Source: Macrostomum lignano (Eukaryota). From it: a stretch of DNA of 64,000 bases. Both the position numbers and the translations under genes were made by a program. The stretch lies in assembly GCA_002269645.1 (NCBI GenBank), contig NIVC01001634.1, forward strand, positions 62,001-126,000, in the 5' to 3' direction. Positions 59,410-64,000 of the stretch are shown in pieces; positions within the stretch are counted from its first letter, which is position 1; every line of letters begins with the position of its first letter. The notes beneath the pieces are model-generated. The model had not been told where the DNA came from, did no database searches, and saw only the letters and a program-made list of their open reading frames with translations.

Positions 59410-60005
59410 CACTATATCTAACACCTACTGCCTGATAACCTCTATATCAAACACTCACTGTCTAACACGCCCTATATATAACACCCCCTATATCTAACAA
59501 CCCCTATATCTAACAACCCCAATATCTAACACCCCCTATATCTAACAACCCCTATATCTAACACCCCCTATATCTAACAACCCCTATATCTAACACCCCC
59601 TATATCTAACAACCCCTATATCTAACACCCCCTATATCTAACGCCCCCATATCTAACACCCCCTATATATAACACCCCCTATATCTAACACCCCCTATAT
59701 CTAACACCCCCTATATCTAACACCCCTATATCTAACACCCCCTATATCTAACACCCCCTATATCTAACAACCCCTATATCTAACAACCCCTATATCTAAA
59801 ACCCCCTATATATAACACCCCCTATATCTAACAACCCCTATATCTAACACAATGTCTAACAACCCCTATATCTAAAACCTCTTACGTCTAAAACCCAATA
59901 TATCGAACGCCCCCCATATCTAACACCCCCTATATATACCACCCTCTATATCTAACAACCCCTATATCTAACACAATGTCTAACACCCCCTATATATAAC
60001 ACTCA
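59410..60005. repeat. Minisatellite of about 17 bp (TATCTAACACCCCCTA)
   Basis: Direct periodicity. Confidence 0.93.
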
Positions 60006-60599
60006 AGTGACCCAGAGTTTTGAAAACGAAACTTAAAATAAATTGAATGACTCATAACAAATAAATTACATTTGTATACATGGCAGTAGAAATAATACAT
60101 CAGAGGAAGTTACATACTAATAATAATAAACATTATTCAACAAGTTTATTTCGTATTCATTTTAATAAAAAATGCTGCAAATAAAAACAAAGAAATATGT
60201 TGGTCAACTGACACAGAGATAAAATGAATTGGATTTCAGAATTTCAACAAAAAACACACAATAAACATGTTAGCTGCCCGCATGCACAAACGATCAGGGT
60301 GCAAATTCAATTCGATATAAAACTGGGAAGTAAAACCACAAACTCATTAATATCATTATAAACAACAATTAAAGAGCTGTTTCGCTGCCACAAAATATTA
60401 AAATAAGTTCACAAAAAAAAACAATTCAGCATCTTTACATGGATGTAATGCCCAAGTTAATAAATAGCAAGGTGAATTCTAATAAAAGTATCAGGTACAA
60501 ATACAATAGCTATATACATAATTAATACTTTGTAAGCTTAAATAGATCATTTACAGCAGATGGACTAGATTGAAAGCTGTTTTCTAAATCTTGCTTAAT

Positions 60600-61085
60600 T
60601 CCAGAGAAGAGGTCAACTGATTCCGGCCTTTCTCAGTTGGGGAGGGAGGTCAACTGACCCCAGCTTATCAGTTGAGGAGGGCAGGTCAACAGACCCCAGC
60701 CTATCAGTTGGAGGGAGGTCAACTGACCCCTAGTCTATAAGTTAGTGGAGGTCAACTGACCCCGGCCTTTCTCAGTTGGGGAGGGAGGTCAACTGACCCC
60801 CAGCTTATCAGTTAAGGAGGGGAGGTCAACAGACCCCAGGCTTTCAGTTAGAGGGAGGTCAACTGACCTCCAGTCTATCAGTTAGGAAAGGGAGGTCAAC
60901 TGACCCCTCGTCTATAAGTTAGTGGAGGTCAACTGACCCTCAGCCTTTCTCAGTTGGGAGGGAGGTCAACTGACCCCAGCCTTTCAGTTGGAGGGAGGTC
61001 AACTTACCCTCAGTCTATCAGTTAGGAAAGGGAGGTCAACTGACGTCCAGCCTATCAGCTGGAGGGAGGTCAACTGACCCTCCCT
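60600..61085. repeat. Minisatellite of about 35 bp with an internal palindrome (GGAGGTCAACTGACC...TCAGTT), about 14 units, just 3' of the LMX1-like stop
   Basis: Direct periodicity. Confidence 0.92.
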
Positions 61086-61117
61086 CACTAACGACCAACC
61101 TCCCACGGATCAGCGAG

Positions 61118-63145
61118 TCAGTAAGGCGGGGACTCCATAGCCGGCACGATCATCAGTCCGCCCAGCTCCGCCTCGTCCTCTCCGCCAGCCTTGCCGCCGT
61201 CCGGTCCGTAATCCTCTTCGAACTCGCCGCCCACCCCATCGTCTGCCGGCGCCTCGCCCTCGACGCCCCGGTCCTCCTCGAAGTCGTAATCTGCCGCACC
61301 TTCTTCGTCGATGTTGTCATCGTCGTCATCGTAGTCTTCGGCGAACTCCGACGATTGCTGCGAAGTCGACACCGATTGCTGCCGGGTCGGGCGGCCTCGG
61401 CGACCGCCGCTGCGCAGCTGCCTGGGGCTGGGGGGACCGCCGTCTGAGCGCTTCTTGAGCTGGGCTCGCTGGTTCTGGAACCAGACTTGGACTACTCTGA
61501 CCTGCGGGTGGTTATTCGGGCATTAGCCTGCGGCAGCTGACAGACAGACAGACAGACAGACAGACACACAGACTGACAGACAGTCAGACAGACAGACAGA
61601 CAGACAGACAGACAGGCAGTCAGACAGACAGACAGACAGGCAGTCAGACAGACAAACAGACAGACAGACACACAGACAGACCACACAGACAGACAGACAG
61701 TCAGACAGACACACAGACAGACCACACAGACAGACAGACAGACAGACAGACCACACAGACAGACAGACAGACAGACAGACCACACAGACAGGCAGCTCAC
61801 CGCCAGCCCGGCCTCATTAGCCAGAGCCTCGCAGACCCGCCTGGCAGGCCGCGGATTCTGCTCAAAGGCCAGCCGGAAGCGCCGCCGCTGCCCGGAGGTC
61901 AGGACAGTTCGGGCCCGTCTCCGACCGCAGGAGTCGTCAACGGCGGCCCCGGCAGAAGCGGGCCCAGCCGCAGTGCCGCGCACCGGAGTCAGCTGACGCT
62001 CGTCCGGACAGAAGTTCACCACCGAGGATGAGGAGCCGCCGCTGCAGTCTCCGCCAGCGCTGCCGCCGCCTCCGCCGATGACTGACGCGGCGTCGCACAT
62101 GCAGACGGGCCGGCCGTCTGAGGGTCGCACAGCGAACTGATCGCCTTTGCGCAGTTGGGCGCCGCAGGCAGCGCAGACGAAGCAGGCCAAATGATAGGCG
62201 TAGCTGTGCGCCCACATGGCCAAGTCTTGGGTAGCGATTGGCTGGCCGCAAGATTGGCAGCGAATACCGTGGCGCCTGCGGTTGATTACGAATGCGTGTT
62301 TTTCACAATTTTATTTAGCTTTAAATATATTAATGATTGGCATGCGCTACTTCACCTACTAGTAGTAGCAAAACAAGGAAAACGTGTAAGAGTTTTTATA
62401 ATTTAAGGAGACGATAACATGGATAATGCCAAGCTGTAAATATAAGTGTTTAGTGCGTTATTGCGAGTATGAAAGTGCCAGGTCTAGGTGTCATAAAGGC
62501 GCTAAATGTAGATTTTAAATGGCGCCAAATATAGAGATGTCGGATGGTGCCAATTATGAGTCAGAAGGCGCAAATATATAGAGATGTCAGATGACTCAGA
62601 TGGCGCCAAATAAAAAGGTGTCAGAAGGCGCCAAATAAAGGTGTCAAATAATGCCAATTAAAAAAGGTGTCAGATGACACCAAATAAAGAGGCGTTAAAT
62701 GGTGCAAAATAAAAAGGTGTCGAATGGCGCCAAAAGGAGGTTTCAGATGGCGCAAAATGAAGGTATCAGATGGCGCCCAAAAATGGGTGTCAGTGTCAAA
62801 TGGCGCCAAATAAAGAGGTGTCAGATGGCTCCAAATAAAAAGGTGTCAGATGGCGCCAAAATTGTCAGCAAAAGCGCTAAACCATATATACCAATAATCA
62901 GTCTTGCCTGGCATAGTCGTGAGCACAATACAGTCGATTATCGCGCACAAAGCAGCCCTCAGTCAACTGGGAATTGCAGATGCAGCAGGTGGCGCACTGT
63001 TCGTGCCAGGCCAGAGATCTGATGCGCAATAAATATTTGTCAGTAATCCCTGTTTGACAGCCAAAGCAGGTTTCAAGAATTTCTGCCGCTGTTGAAGCAG
63101 TCTGCTGCTGCTGCTGCTGGTGTTCAGTCTCGTGGCTTATTGGAT
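61118..63145 (-). CDS. LMX1: LMX1-like LIM-homeodomain protein, 5' partial. Exons 63145-62908, 62275-61801, 61501-61118
   Basis: LIM1 ([14 protein letters not shown]...[11 protein letters not shown]...CAHDY), LIM2 (CQSC...[11 protein letters not shown]...LRKGDQF) and homeodomain [14 protein letters not shown]...[17 protein letters not shown]. One intron has a GC donor at 62907. Phases are consistent. Confidence 0.88.
61535..61792. repeat. (CAGA)n microsatellite, i.e. (TCTG)n on the sense strand, filling the homeobox intron
   Basis: Lies between donor 61800 and acceptor 61502. Confidence 0.97.
62500..62868. repeat. GGCGCC-core minisatellite (TGGCGCCAAATAAAAAGGTGTCAGA) in the GC-AG intron of the LMX1-like gene
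   Basis: Degenerate periodicity of about 25 bp. Confidence 0.85.
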
Positions 63146-64000
63146 CTGCATCAATGATAAAAATAATGGTAGACACCATTGAGATAAAAAACATTGCCAA
63201 ATTTAACAATCATACTTTATATAGCTAGTTGAATAGAATCAGAATATTGAAAAAACGCCTTCATTTAAAAGGTTAAAAAGCATCAATCATGATCAATCAC
63301 TAGATCTTGATCTAGTGATTGATTTTTGAAATTTTGACTTTTTTCTTGATTGAATCTTGATTAAAAAAAGTACCAAGAATCTGATATATATAAAACAGTA
63401 AAATAAAGAAAGAGCCTTAGGTTGAATACCAATCTTTTGAATATAGCATAGATAACCTAAAAAATCAACAAAAAATCAACTCATTATAGTGTCACCCATA
63501 TTAAGGGATTTAGGATTTAGCCATATTTGAAAAAATAATGCACCCAAAAATTTCTATGCTTTTTACAAATTAAATGTTATGATTTTTACCAAAAGTGCAC
63601 AAAGTATACATTTATTATAATATATAAAATTAGTTTTTTTTAGAAAACTGCTTTTTTAGTTCTTAGCTGTCTAATCTGAATAAATATCTCGAAATCTTGA
63701 TCAAATCTCTTATTGTATCATATGTTTATCATATGTTTATCATATACATGTATCATATATATTGTATTGTTAAAATCAATCAATGACCCTATCATTGAAC
63801 AAATAAGGTATAAATTTTGCCTTCAGATATAACTAACTAGATCATAGTTAAAAGTACTATATAGTATAAAAAAATAGTTAATATACTAGTCTTTATTTTG
63901 GCAATGGCTACGGATCCGGCAGTGCCATTATAATATAGATGGAACATTATATTTTTCTTTCTTCAGGTGGCCGATATTGAGATTTTATTCTAGATTAAAA

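Overview
Eukaryotic (metazoan) genomic DNA: short GC-rich exons separated by introns and spacers, most of them filled with a minisatellite or microsatellite. The style fits a free-living flatworm such as Macrostomum, but that is inference only. I rebuilt gene models by hand from splice sites and checked reading-frame phase. Plus strand, a tight co-oriented run: extended synaptotagmin (7 exons), an extra Met-less C2 exon, molybdenum cofactor sulfurase (7 exons), a ZNF341-like C2H2 factor (5 exons), NOP10, PIN4/Par14 and a 69-aa membrane micro-ORF. Minus strand: a p75NTR/NRADD-like TM plus death-domain receptor at the left edge, an orphan class A GPCR, a 165-aa hypothetical protein and an LMX1-like LIM-homeobox gene at the right edge. 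Mobile DNA: CORE-type tRNA SINEs, a hAT-like MITE and a fold-back element. No CRISPR, rRNA or intact transposase was found. Most long ORFs in the supplied track are translations of tandem repeats. Best leads: a candidate trans-spliced operon, a duplicated E-Syt C2C module, an ectodomain-less p75-like receptor, and a CpG desert carrying 15 TAGGCCTA palindromes. Repeat boundaries are approximate.
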